64,000 nt of DNA from Bilabrum cf. latius (lineage: Eukaryota): NCBI GenBank assembly GCA_965178125.1, contig OZ237763.1, positions 62,001-126,000 on the forward strand, given 5' to 3'. Numbering within the stretch: position 1 is the stretch's first letter; the number at the start of each line of letters is the position of its first letter. This document shows positions 13,384-27,855 of this stretch, one piece after another. Under the pieces are notes generated by a model, which made no database searches, had not been told where the DNA came from, and saw only the letters and a program-made list of their open reading frames with translations. The position numbers and the translations under genes were made by a program.

Positions 13384-16300
13384 TCACGTGCTCGCCCTCC
13401 TCCCTCCCCTGCTCCCCAAGCCCCTGACCTAGTCGTACCTTCCCCTTGTACCCCCAACGAGCTCCTCCTCCATCCTGGCAAGCTCCTCTTGTTCCCTGGC
13501 GAGCGCCTCCTCTTGTTCCCTGGCATCTGCCAGCTCCCGCTCCGCCGCCTCCAGCTCGGCCCCCAGCGCCCCCGTCCTCAGTGCATCCACGAGGGCCACA
13601 GCAGCAGAAGAAGAAGAAGAAAAAAGAGAGGAGGAGGACTACTAGTAGACCCCGCCACCACGGCCCTAAACAAACGCCGTGGAGGCTACGGACCCCTCAA
13701 GCTCACCCCGCCCCACCGTACTGCTCAGGCCCATTCCGTGCACCCTTGACAGCGTCAGCCCAGCACCCACAGGCACAGAGACATCCACGGGGACAGAAGG
13801 AGGCGAGTCAATTCCTGACTGAGAATGCGTGGCATGCAGTTGCGACTCGCCCAAGGGGTTGCCCGGCTGTTCCCTGCTGTGCGACCCTTGCTGTTCCCTG
13901 GTCCTCTGCATGGCCACCGACACCCCACCGGTGGAGAACAAAGAGGCCACGGAGGCGCTGGGCCCCAGCCCCACTGCACCCCCCATCAGCAGACCGGATC
14001 CATCGCCAGAGCCGAAGCCCAAGCCAGAGCCAGAGCCCATGGGGGACGCGGGCGGCCGCACCGAGGACCCCTCTTCCTCCTGCCCCATTGCACCACCATG
14101 CGATGCACCCATCCCCAGCGCCCTCGCCCCCATCCTCCCCAGCACCTCCGCGCCCATGGCCGTCCCCCTCCTCCCCTCGTCCCTCGCCCGCACAGCCGAG
14201 TCCAGCAGCCCCTGCACCCGGGGGCTCCTAGCAAAGTCAAGCGGGCGCCGGCCCCAAGCATCCCGCGCCTCTGGATCGGCGCCTGCCTCCAGCAGGGCGC
14301 GAACCGCCGCCGCGCTCCCAGACTCAGCTGCCATGTGAAGCGCCGTCTTCGCGGTCTCGGGCTCCCGGAGACCCACGTCCGGGCCTCGGAAGAAGTCCCT
14401 CCCGGGGGGCGCACGCCACACCAGGCCCTCCCTCGCGCGCAGCGAGAAATCGTCCGGCTGTTGCAGCACGCTGCCCGCCCCACTCACAGCTCCGATCGAC
14501 GATGAGGCACCTATTCCGGCTCCGAGTCTCGACCCCTCCGCCCCACGACCCTCCTCCATTGCCGCCCTTTGCCCCTGCCACCAGCCCACGAAGGCGAGCA
14601 GGCTGAAGGAGCCCTCCAGCAGACGGCGCACCACCTGCGCATAGGCGTGTCGCCGAGGCAGCCCCCTTCCTGTTTGTTCCTCCTGCTTGTGCCTGCCTGC
14701 TGCCTTGCCCTGGGTCTTGCTATTCCCTGGCTTGCCCAGCCGCGCTCCCGCCTGTCCAAGCGCATGCAAGCCCCCGCCCCTCCCCCTCCTCCTCGCCTCA
14801 CGTGTTCCCTGGGTGGCCCCCGCCCCCTCCTCTTCGTGTTCCCCGGGCTCTGCCCCTGCCGCTGCATCTGCCGCCCCCTCCGCTGCCGCCTGGGTGCGCG
14901 CTCCCCCAGCCGAGAGGCACGCCAGCATGAGCGCGTCTCGCCCGTCGGGGTCCGTGGCTCTGGGGTCTGCCGAGCCCAGCAGCAGGTCGTGCACCTGGGC
15001 GAGGTCACCCGCCCGCGCTGCCTTGAGGAGGGCTTGCTGCGGGACCCACGTGGGTCGCAGGGCTGACACAGAGTCGGGGCCCGGTGTGCCACCCGATTTG
15101 CCTCGAGCCGTGCCAGCCCCGCGTGTACTGGCGCCCGCGCCGATAGGACGGGTGTTCCTCTGGCTCGCTCGCTTCGGCTTATCGGTCTCGCCGCAATCTT
15201 TCGCTTTCGTCTCCTCCATTGTACTGTCCTCACTCTGATCTTCCTCCTCATCGGATACTACCTCTGATCCTGCCAATGTCTCCTTGCTAGGTCTAGATCT
15301 AGCCCGCTTGCCCCTGCGGATCGCCGCCTCTCTTGCCTTCCTATCCCGGATGCGCCTCCTCACCGCCTCCTTCTCCCCTCTCTCCTTCTCTCTTTGAGCC
15401 CTGACCCTCCTCCTCATGCGGTCGTCCACCGCCGCAGCGGCGCCCGCAGGCCCCGCCGACTCGAGCGCAAACCACTTCACGCAGTACCTCGAGCAGAACA
15501 CGCCGCACCCGCGCACGTACACAGGCCGCTGCATGAGGCCCTCCTTGGCGGCCTCCCGCCGAGCGATCTCCAGCCGTCTCGCGCCCCCTTTCGTCCCAGC
15601 CGCCCTCGTCACGCCCATGCCTGCGCCATCCCCTGCGCCCACCCACGTCTCCTGCAGCGCCCGCTCTCCGGCCGACCCAGCCGCCACCCGACCCGCCCTG
15701 GCCGCCACAGGCCCCCAGGTGCCCCCCCTCTGCGCCGCCCTCGCCTTCAACGCCTCGGGGGCGGGTCCTTTGACCACCAGGTCGTGCGACTTTGACCACC
15801 CCCACTCTGCGCGGTGGTTCGCGGCACCAGCTCTCCGGGCCGCCAGCGTGCGCTCCCTGGCACTTGTTCCCTGGTCACTCCCACTGCCCCGCGCCTTGCC
15901 CCGTTCAGCCCCCGCCCCCTTGCCCCTGCTGCGGGCCGCAAGGGCGCTGCCCCTCATCCCCCGAGCGTGGCCCGCCGGCCGAGTCACCCTGGCCACCGCT
16001 GGACCCTTGTTCCCCGCCAGCCCCGCGTCCACCGAGGCATTGTGCCTCTGCAGCGAATCCGTCCTGGACTCGAGTGGGAGGCGGTCCCCGCAGTAGACGC
16101 ACCGCACCTAGAAGCAGGAAAAAGGACATTTCTGGCCGGGTCTCAGCATCACTAGCGCGGCGCCGCGCCCGTGGAGAGGTTCCGCTTCCCGCCTGTGCTC
16201 CGCGCGGCGCCGCACCATCCGCCGCATGTCGTCGCTCCCGTCCGCAAGTGAGCCTCCGCCCGGGTCAAGCCCAGTCCCCGCACCACCGTGCAGTGCACTC

Positions 16301-18858
16301 TCGGCCTCGCTCCTGACCGCCTCCAGCGCCTCCTGTTTGCTCACGACGGGGGCATCCGGGGCGTGACGCGCCAGCAGCTGCAGCGGAACCTTGCCCTTGC
16401 GCGCGGGGCCCCGGGTGCTGCCGGCCACGGATCCCCTCCTGCCGACCGTGGAAGCAGCAGCTCCGCCGACGCTGCTGCTGCCTCCATCGCCCTGCTCCAC
16501 CACGGCCAGAGCCTTGGAGTCTTCGTCCTCTTGCTCTTCGTTATCGTCCTCTTTCTGGCCTTCGCTGCCGCCGGTCTCACTCCCCTCCCACGTTGGGGAC
16601 ATCCCCCTGGAGCGGGGGGTTGCCCCCACCGAGGGGTCCTCCCTCTCTCCCTCCAGCCACGGCTGCGGCCCCTGCCCCACCTCCCGCTGCCATCTCTCGA
16701 GGCCGGGCCCGGGAGCAGCCGCCCCCGACCCCACCCCCGCCGGCTGGCCCTCGTGCTCGTAGGCTGCCTCCCTCGATGCCTCGCTGCCCACTGAGGACGC
16801 CTCCTCCTCGTCGTCCTCGTCATCATCGCCCACGCCTTTGATCACGGCGCGTGTGCCTGCGAGGCCGGCCTATTTGCGACCACCGGTGGCTGCGCGGCGG
16901 CGGGCAGTCCCCCGCGGACTGCCTTCACTCGTCACACCTTGGATGTGAGGTTCACCCCCTTTGCCCAGCGCGGGCTGCCTGTCGCCAGGCTGCCTGCCTT
17001 CACCAGCACCAGCACCACGCTATGCTTTCACCTTCTGTCGCCGGCTATGATTCGACTGGGCTCGCTCCGTTCTGTTGCACCCCTCGGGCATCTTGTTCCC
17101 TGGAGTCTGCCTTGACCCTCCTCCTCCTCCCACCCCATTGCCTTCACCCCTCCTTGCCTTCTTCACCCCGACCGCCTCCTCCAGCTCCCCCCTGCCCATG
17201 GCCTCCCACCGCATGATTCCCTGCAGCTCCCTCTCCCTCCCTCGCTTGGCCTCGCCCCCGTGATACCACCGACTCACCTGCTCGTGCCGGCCCCTGGTCC
17301 CGCACAGACCGTCCAGACACCTCCCGTACAGGGCGTGTTCCTCAGCGGAGCAGCCCAGACCAAAAGGAGCCCGTCGGGCGACCCTCCCCGCGGCCCCTGA
17401 GCGAACCTTCACCGGTGCCCTGCCGAACTTGCCCTCCGTGTGCGTCCCGGGTGCCTGCGCCACCAGCAGCTCCCTCGCGATCGCCATCCTGTGTCTGTGC
17501 CGCTCAACCACGCCGCTCTCGCCCGCCCCACGCGGACCAACGCCGAAGGAGGGCGCACCCGCGGCGCGGCCCAACGTCGCCTCCGCCCCTTTGGCCATGC
17601 CGGGGTAGGCCCCCGGCCCTGGCCCGTCACCGGCGCCCCCGGCTGCACTCATCACACCCCCGTCCCGCTCTCCGATGCCCAGCCCCGCCGCCCGCCCCCC
17701 CTCCCACCCCGGCCCCTCCCGCGCCTCCACCGGCCCCCGGAACCATGACCTCAGGCCCACCGCAGCTGGCCCCGGCCCCTCCTTCCCGAGGCCCGCGCCG
17801 GGGACGGCAGCCGCCACCCACGCCTCCGTCCCTGCGCGCGTCTCCTCCCTCCCCGCTCCGAAGGCGACCTCCCGCGCCGAGCGGCAGTCTCCCCTGGCCT
17901 GCCGCCCCAGGGAACTCCCCCCGGGGATTTCCCCCCGCCCCACCCCGGGGTCCCCGCCCGGACCGGGGGCGGCTCCGGATGCCCGCGCCGCCTGCTGCGC
18001 CAGAGCCGAGCGGGAGGGGCCCCCGCCCAGCGTGCGGCCCTTGCTCGCACTCGTCATACCGGACCCGGCCGCGGCAGAAGCTGCCCGTGGTAGCGAGGGC
18101 ATCGAACGGCTCAGGTCGTGCAGCGCAGCGGCGGGCGACAGCGCGGACGCGCTCGTCACACTGAGCGCCGCGGCGCCGCGCACCGCCGGTGACCGCCGGA
18201 GCGACTGTGCTGCTGCCCACCCCAGGCTGCTGCCCCCGCCATCATGCTATGATCCGCTTCGGCCACGTCCGCCAGGCACCTGACGCAGCCGCCGGAGCGC
18301 CCCCCAGGGATTGTCGCGGGGCATCGCTGCCAACGATGTAGCCTAGGATAGACCACGATTGCTGTGACTGTCTAGCCTTGCGATGCCAACCGGTCCCGCG
18401 CTCCGCACAGAGGAGGAAAGCAGCAGCGGGTCTTGCGCTACTTTGGCCTCGGCGGCAGCGGCCTACGGGTGGCTCTCTGACACACCCAGGGCAGCTTCGC
18501 CCGGTCCGCCGAATCGTGGCGCATGCAAAAATGCGGAACTTCTAGTTTTGGGCCCGGGCGACCGCTATGCTGCCGTCTCTGCGTCCTTGACCGACTGCAA
18601 CTGCTTCGAGGCGGCGCTTGTAGCCACCATCGTGCGCTTCATGCTTTCATCCGCGCCGTGTGCTGTATTCTTCCACTAATGATAGAACGATGGCCTAGCT
18701 GGCTACCCGGTAGTGGCCTCTGGTGGTGGATGGCTGGACAGAATCGCCTTGACAAAGGCTCTACGAGGCGTCTCCTCCTCCATCTCGGATTTATGTCCGG
18801 GGTCATACCGCTCCAGAATTGCAACGGCTGTGTTGAAGTCGAGATCTCGCTCACTCAT
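13384..18858 (-). CDS. Giant (about 1824 aa) protein with PGPGAY-like repeats, Cys-rich zinc-binding motifs, ankyrin repeats and C-terminal coiled coil
   Basis: Single frame from ATG 18858 to TGA 13384, broken only by TAG (13429, 13639, 13642, 13666, 16108, 16870, 17020, 18247, 18343, 18463, 18565, 18676, 18703). Ankyrin motifs LLKAARAGD..GRDALMLAC and KTALHMAAESG..LLEAGADPEARDAWGRRPLD. Confidence 0.75.
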
Positions 18859-19011
18859 CGCATTGTGCAATTCCCTTCGCGCACAATTGGGACTAGTGTC
18901 GCAGTGCCGATCCGTTGTCGCACACGGTTGTAACCTCAGTGTCGGTTGCAACCACCTCGTGCTCGCAAGGTCTGGCTGGCGACAACAGTGTTGGTACAGC
19001 TGCCAATCATC
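18859..19011. promoter_or_regulatory. Probable bidirectional promoter
   Basis: About 150 bp between divergent ATGs. Confidence 0.45.
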
Positions 19012-19726
19012 ATGAGGGTCAGCTCCCTCCGCAGGGTTGTGCAAGCATCTAGACGAAGTGTGTCAACCGTCTCGAGGCGGCCCATGATGCCTAGGTTTTC
19101 TCCCCGAAGAGGGGTTGCGCCCAAATCGGAGGCTCACGCGGAGGCTAGCCATGGGGACGCTCATTCCAGCAGTGTGACTGAAAATCTCAGCCCTGAGATG
19201 CAAAAGTATATCAAAACAGACTCTTACTTGTTCGGAGAGAAGGTGAGCCCGCAATCCCGCCGTGGCCATACCAACCAAACTAACATGTTCGATTGCCGCA
19301 ATGTCTTGCGCCATTGGGCAACTTGCGGCCAGAAACCACAGGAATTCCATGTAATCCACTGGCTCTGTGTTTTATTACTATGTCTGATTGCCGCAGCCTT
19401 TGCCTGAGGGCGAGCAGCGAAAGCTGGAAGTTTGGGAGATTCCATTCTGGATCGTGGTGGCGTGCGCACTTGGACTCCCTTTCATCGTGAGCAACACAAG
19501 AGGCTCCCCGTCATTGTACGACTGGGCGAGAGACGAGGCGGAGGAGCGCATCCGCCGCAGGTTGGACGGGAAGACGGTCGAGTACGGCTACAACTACGCC
19601 GCCTTGCGGGCCATCCGAGAGGGCCTCGACGAGGTGGAGGTGCCCTCCGCCCTGGTGCCCGCCAAGGAACTGGCTCAGATCGAGGCGGCAGACGCAGGGG
19701 AGGGCACTGAGGATGATGACGAGTGA
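19012..19726 (+). CDS. NDUFB11: Complex I subunit NDUFB11/ESSS
   Basis: Mitochondrial presequence; YLFGEK|PLPEGEQRKLEVWE, a single TM segment, and WARDEAEER. Intron 19243-19396. Ends TGA. Confidence 0.82.
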
Positions 19727-19979
19727 ATTGATCGGTAGAGAGGGGACGGGGGCGAGGGCGCGTGGGCGGCAGCGAGCGGTGCCGTGTGCGGTGCCGAGCC
19801 GCCCCGTTGCAACCAGCAACCCTTTCTGCATACACACGCACGCATCGTGTAAGTAGCTGTTATCATCATTCTCCAGCACTCTCATGCTCGATCAGCTTGG
19901 AGGGGTGGACTGTGCCGTGCTATGCTATGCGCCGGCATGACCACAACCACAACCCCCACGCTCACACTCCAGCTCCAGC

Positions 19980-22826
19980 TCACCCTTCTCCGTCAGCGGA
20001 CTTTCCCTCCACACCTGCACCACCACGCGATACACCCGACGGTGTGCCCAGTCCCGGCTCCAATCGTCGCCTAGCCCCAGACCCAGGCCCAGACCCAGAC
20101 CCGCCCTCCCCTGCCCCTGCCCCCCTGGGGCTGGCCCGGCTGCCACCCTCCTCCCCTCTGCTGGCACGCACCCCGCCGCTGCTGCCGCCACCAACACCCG
20201 TGGATTTGCCCCCCGATGCAGAGGCGAATTTCGCTGCAGACGCGCGGGCGCTCCTCTGTTGCCTCCTGAGCATCGACCTGCCCACGGGGGACATGAGCGG
20301 CCTCCTCGCCCACGACGGGGTCAGCGCGCCGCCCGGCCCCGCGGGTGACCCCACACCGGGGGTGGTCGCCCCCGCACCCCTCCGGGGCGTCCGTCCCGGC
20401 CCCCTGGTCGCATTGGCGAGGAAGGAACCCCTGTCCCCCTCCCCCGCTCCCACTCCCGCCCCCGCCCCGCCCGCGCCCAGGTGCAGCCTCTCCTGCATCC
20501 TCACCAGGCCCATGTTGTACATGCTGCTGCGGAGCACCTGCGCCTGCACCTGCGCTGACTTCAGCTGACCCTGCAGGGCCGCCTTCACGCTCATGTATCC
20601 CTGGCTGTGCGTAACCCTCTGCTTCTCAAGCTCCTGTCGGTGGCTGTCCACCAGCCTAGTCCTGGCCTCGTGGTTCCTCTTCATGGCGTCCCGCTGCTTC
20701 TCCATCACCCGCTTGGCCTCCGACAGCTGCTTCCCCAGCTGAGACAGCTGCTCCTTGAGCGAGGACTGGACCTCACCCGCGGCACGCAGCTGGGACCTGG
20801 TCTGGTGCGAGGCCTCTTCCGAGGCCTCCTCCGCGCGGCGCCGCAGGTTCCGCTCCCGCTCTGCCTCCGCCCTCGCCTCCTTCAGATCCACACGCAGCTT
20901 CTCTGCGTCACGAGCCGCCTCCTCGCTCGCCGCAGACCCCGCACTCGCCCCAATGGCAGATCCAGTCTCTTGCGCCGCAGACACCGCCGCGTCCGCCCTC
21001 GCCCTCGCCAGCTGCCTGCCTAGATCCGCCTGCGCGCCCTCTGCGGTCCTCAGCTGCCCCCTGAGCTTCCTCAGCTGCACCCTCAGCGACTCCACCGTGT
21101 CCTTCTCCTTCTCCTTATCTTCCTCGTCCTCGCCAGGCCCCGCCTTGACTGCCTCTTCCTCTCCCTCTTCCTCCACCTCCTGCTCGTCCTCCCCTGGCGC
21201 CTCCTTCCCCAGCCCGCCCGCGTCCAGAGCGCCCAGCCCCACTGACTCCCGCCTGCCCCGACCCACCCCCTCTCCCTCCCCCCCATCGCCTCCATCACCT
21301 CCTCTTCCCACCATCGCGGCCCTCTCCCTCATCGCCTTCGCCTCTGCCTCCGCCGCCCGCAGTCTCCTCTTCAAGCCCTCCCTCTCGTCCTCCTCCTGCT
21401 GCCTGCGAGCCCGAACCGCATCCTTCTGCTGCTCCAAGTCCGCGATCGTGGCCTTCGAGAGCGTCGCCGCCGCGGTGAGCTCCACGTTCTGGTCCCGCAG
21501 CTCCCGCAGCTCCTCCTGCAGCTCCCTCACGCCCGCCGTCTCGGCCTGCAGCGACGCCCGCTGCTCCCTCTCCTGCGCCAGGTCCTGCTTCGCCAGCCTG
21601 AGCTCCTTCCGCAGCTGCAGCTTCTGCTCCTGCAGCTTGCCCACCTGCTCCAGCTTGGCCTGCATGCCTGCCATGTCCCTAAGCCTCGACCGCGCCAGGT
21701 CCAGCTGGTCGTCGCGCGCCTGCAGCTGCTGCTCCAGCCCCCTGAGTTTCTCGGCGGCCTCCTCCCGCGCCTTGGACACCTCGCTCTCCTTCTTGGCCAG
21801 CTGTGCGCCGAGCTCCTCCGCGGCCCGCTTGTGAGCCTCGGCAGCGCGGCGGGCGGCCCGGAGCGCGGCGCCGGTTCCGCTGCCCCCATCCCCAGAGTCC
21901 GCGTCGGGCGCGCCCCTGAATCCCCCCGCCGCTTGTTCCCTGAGCCTGGCCTCCGCCTCCTCTCGGGCCGCCTCGGCCTCCCTGAGCCTGGCCTCCGTGG
22001 ACATGAGGCGAGCCCTCAGGCCACGGGCGCCCGAGCCGGCCGTGCTGCCGCCCTCCTCCTCCTCCTCCTCCTCGTCCTCCTCGTCCTCGTCCTCTTCTTC
22101 GTCCTCGTCTTCCTCGAAGCGCTCGATCACGTCCTGCACCAGGCCCATCATGGCCCCCTGCGCAGCCCGGTCCAGCCCCGCCATGGCCTGCAGGTAGCGG
22201 GAGCGGGAGGGGCACCGCTCGGCGGCAGCCACGCACATGCGGCACAGGCCAAGGAGATCGCCGCCGTCCTAATCGTCGTCACTGCCGCCTGCCGACGATC
22301 CTTTGTCCTTGCTAAGCAACGCTTCGCGCTCCAGCTCCGCGACGGCATCGTGGTCCAGGTGCAGCCCGTCCTCCAGGTAGGACTTGAGAGCGGCGACCAG
22401 GCGCTGCTGCCTGCCGGTGTTGCTCGGCTCCCCTTCCAGCAGAGCGGCTGGAAAGTGACTAGAAGATCTGTGCGCACATGTGAAGGCAAACAAGGTCGTA
22501 GAGTTGGCTCCGTGGGCAGCTTGACCAAAGATAGCAAAAAAGCTCTGGCAATCATTTCGAGGAGCCTCTCTCAGGAAGGTAGTCAAGGTACACGCTCACA
22601 TATTGGAAAGAAGTTGTAGCAGTGCATCCCCGTTCATTAGGTCACCTGGCCCATCTAACTTAGTGCTAACCTCGTCCAGGCTACTGAGCTGCAACCAGGT
22701 GGAGAGGCAATGCATGGCAGCAGATCTATGGTGGAAGCAGGCTCGCAGAGCAATGCAACGCACACAAATTGCTATACTTACCCATTTGGCAACAGAATTA
22801 ACGGATGATGCGGCATCAAGCGCCAT
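19980..22826 (-). CDS. Hook-domain (CH-like) coiled-coil protein, dynein adaptor family
   Basis: N-terminus VAKWLSSL..DLMNGDALLQLLSNI..F, then LLGLCRMCVAAAERCPSRSRYLQAMAGLDRAAQGAMM, then a long coiled coil. Introns 22689-22781 and 22468-22599. TAG at 22269. Ends TGA. Confidence 0.8.
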
Positions 22827-22972
22827 CACAGGGCGATTCTAATTTATTCTTGCTGGATTCGTTCTGTTTGTAGCGATATGTTTAAACGCCCAGACAAAAT
22901 ACGGAATTGCTGGGCGGGAGAGGTGCTCCAGCAGAATTCTCGTTGACAGCGGCTACTAGAGTCGCTTCAGCC
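22827..22972. promoter_or_regulatory. Probable bidirectional promoter, Hook/CK1
   Basis: About 145 bp AT-richer spacer between divergent ATGs. Confidence 0.45.
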
Positions 22973-24634
22973 ATGGCCACCATGGAGCTCAGAGTAGGCA
23001 AGCGCTGGAGGATTGGAAAGAAGATCGGTAGCGGATCTTTCGGTGGTGAGGCGCGTAGAACCACGCCCAAACGACGGCAGCAACTCCTGCCGTTCGGCGA
23101 CCTCGAATTCAGGTGACAGGAGCGAGGTGCATCGCAACAGTTTTTCCTGTATTGATTATCTATATGCGCAGATATTTATATTGGAGAGAATGTTATGACA
23201 GGGGAGCAGGTTGCGCTGAAGTTGGAAAGGTGAGCAGCAGTCGCATAACAGCTTTTTCGTTTGGATCGTCCCTTGTGGCTGCAAATCAGTAAAAGACAAG
23301 CTACAGCCTGGGCCAATCGAACAAAACAAATTATCAAGTCACTGTGCGCGGCATTGGGGGGCATGATACTCTTTGTTTGACGAGCAGGTGCCTTGGTTGC
23401 TGTGTCGCCCATCTGCATCCTCTCGTTCGAGACGGTCGACGAGGTCGGTTAAAGTGGCGGCCACTGCAGCTCATTCATGTCATCTCACCGACGAGCAGCA
23501 TTGTGTTTGCCTTCGTTGCATTGCATCCGGTCAAACTGGTCATACTCTCTGTTCGGGAACGCGTGGTCCGATGAACTAGCGAAAAACGCCGAAGGCGGCC
23601 CAGCACGCAGTGGCACCTCCCAGCCCACCTCGTGAATTCTCTTGGCTCAACCTATCTATGTCTTTCGCAGCACACGAAGCAAGCACCCCCAGCTGGTGTA
23701 CGAGGCGAAGCTGTACAAGATTTTGCAGGGGGCCGTCGGCATCCCGTACATCCGGTGGTACGGCGTGGAGGGCTCGTACAACGTGCTGGTCATGGACCTG
23801 CTTGGCTACTCTCTCGAGGACCTCTTCAACCGCTGCGGGAGGCGCTTTTCCCTCAAGACTGTGCTGATGATCGCCGACCAGACACTCCTTCGCCTCGAGT
23901 ACATCCACTCCAAGTCGTTCATCCACCGCGACATCAAGCCCGACAACTTCTTGATCGGGACGGGCAGGCGCTCCAACATCATCTACGTGATCGATTTCGG
24001 GCTGGCCAAGAGGTACCGCGACCCCAAGACCCACGTGCACATCATGTACAGGGAGAACAAGCACCTGACAGGCACCCCGCGGTACGCCTCCATCAACAAC
24101 CACCTGGGCATCGAGCAGAGCAGGAGGGACGACCTGGAGTCCCTGGGCTACGTCTTCATGTACTTCCTGAGGGGCTCCCTCCCGTGGCAGGGCCTCCGCG
24201 CCAACACCAAGAAGCAAAAGTACCAGAAGATCATGGAGAAGAAGATGGCCACCCCCATCGATCTCCTCTGCAAGGGGTACCCCGACGAGTTCCGCATCTA
24301 CTTCGAGTACTGCAGGGCACTGCGCTTCGCCGACAAGCCCGACTACTCCTACCTCCGCCGGCTGTTCAAGGACCTCGCCCTCCGCAACGAGATCGAGTAC
24401 GACGGCAACTTCGACTGGAGGATGCTCCCCGACGCCGTGCCCAGGGCGTCCGGCTCTTCCGCGGCAGCAGGAGGGGCCGCGGCGGCCCCGGCACCCGCGC
24501 CGGCAGCGGCGCCCGCGCCCGCCCCAGCGGCCGCGGCTCCTGCCCCTGCGGCGGGGTACAGGGACGGCGGGAGGGAGACAGGAAGGGCCACCGGCCGCGA
24601 CACTGGCCGTGCCGCCCCCGGCGGGTACCGCTGA
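22973..24634 (+). CDS. CK1: Casein kinase I
   Basis: [59 protein letters not shown]. Introns 23046-23171 and 23230-23670. Ends TGA; no TAG. Confidence 0.97.
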
Positions 24635-25013
24635 GCCCGGCTCGCAGCAGCGGGCAACGGACCAAGCAGCCCATCGAAAATGGCCAAAGGTTTTTCCTTT
24701 CCTTGTTGGCGCGCCCAGTGGCACTGGCGGCGATGGGTCGCGAGGGTGCGTGCTCCGCTACAAGGTGGCTCGAGCTTGATTGATTGATGGGTCTTGAAAA
24801 TGGAGTACAGATTCTCAACTGACGGCATTTATGCACGAACAAGGTGAACTTTATCTGTGGAGTTTGTCTCCCGTGTCTCTCCACTGATTAGCGAGCTCAA
24901 AAAATAAAAAAGGAGTCTTGTGTGCCAAGTTGGATCGCCTGCGCCCATGATCCGACCTTAGCAGGAAGGCGGGAGATTTCTAACTACCATTTATCACTTA
25001 TTTCTAACAAGCA

Positions 25014-27482
<2,469 letters not shown>

Positions 27483-27855
27483 AGTTCCTCGTCGAAATCG
27501 ATTGGAACCGCTTTGTTAGGCCAGGCAGGAGGGCAGAATGCAGATATGGGTCGTTTTGCGCATGGTCGGAACACTTCCGCTCTTTCAACTTGCGGTCACG
27601 CAAAGGACTACAACTTGAGCTTCACCTTGATGGGTCTTGAATACAGATACCCAGCTGCCGGCATTCATACACATATGCCTTGAAAAGCTTCTGCATACCT
27701 ATATCCCGTGTCTCAATCCGATGCAGTCTCTCAGCAATTGATTTTCAGTGCAGAGTTCGCCCACCGGCGCCCGGTATCATTACGGGATGTGCATCAGCCG
27801 GAGCAGGAAGGCGGGAGATTTCTAACTACCATTTATCACTTATTTCTACCAAGTA

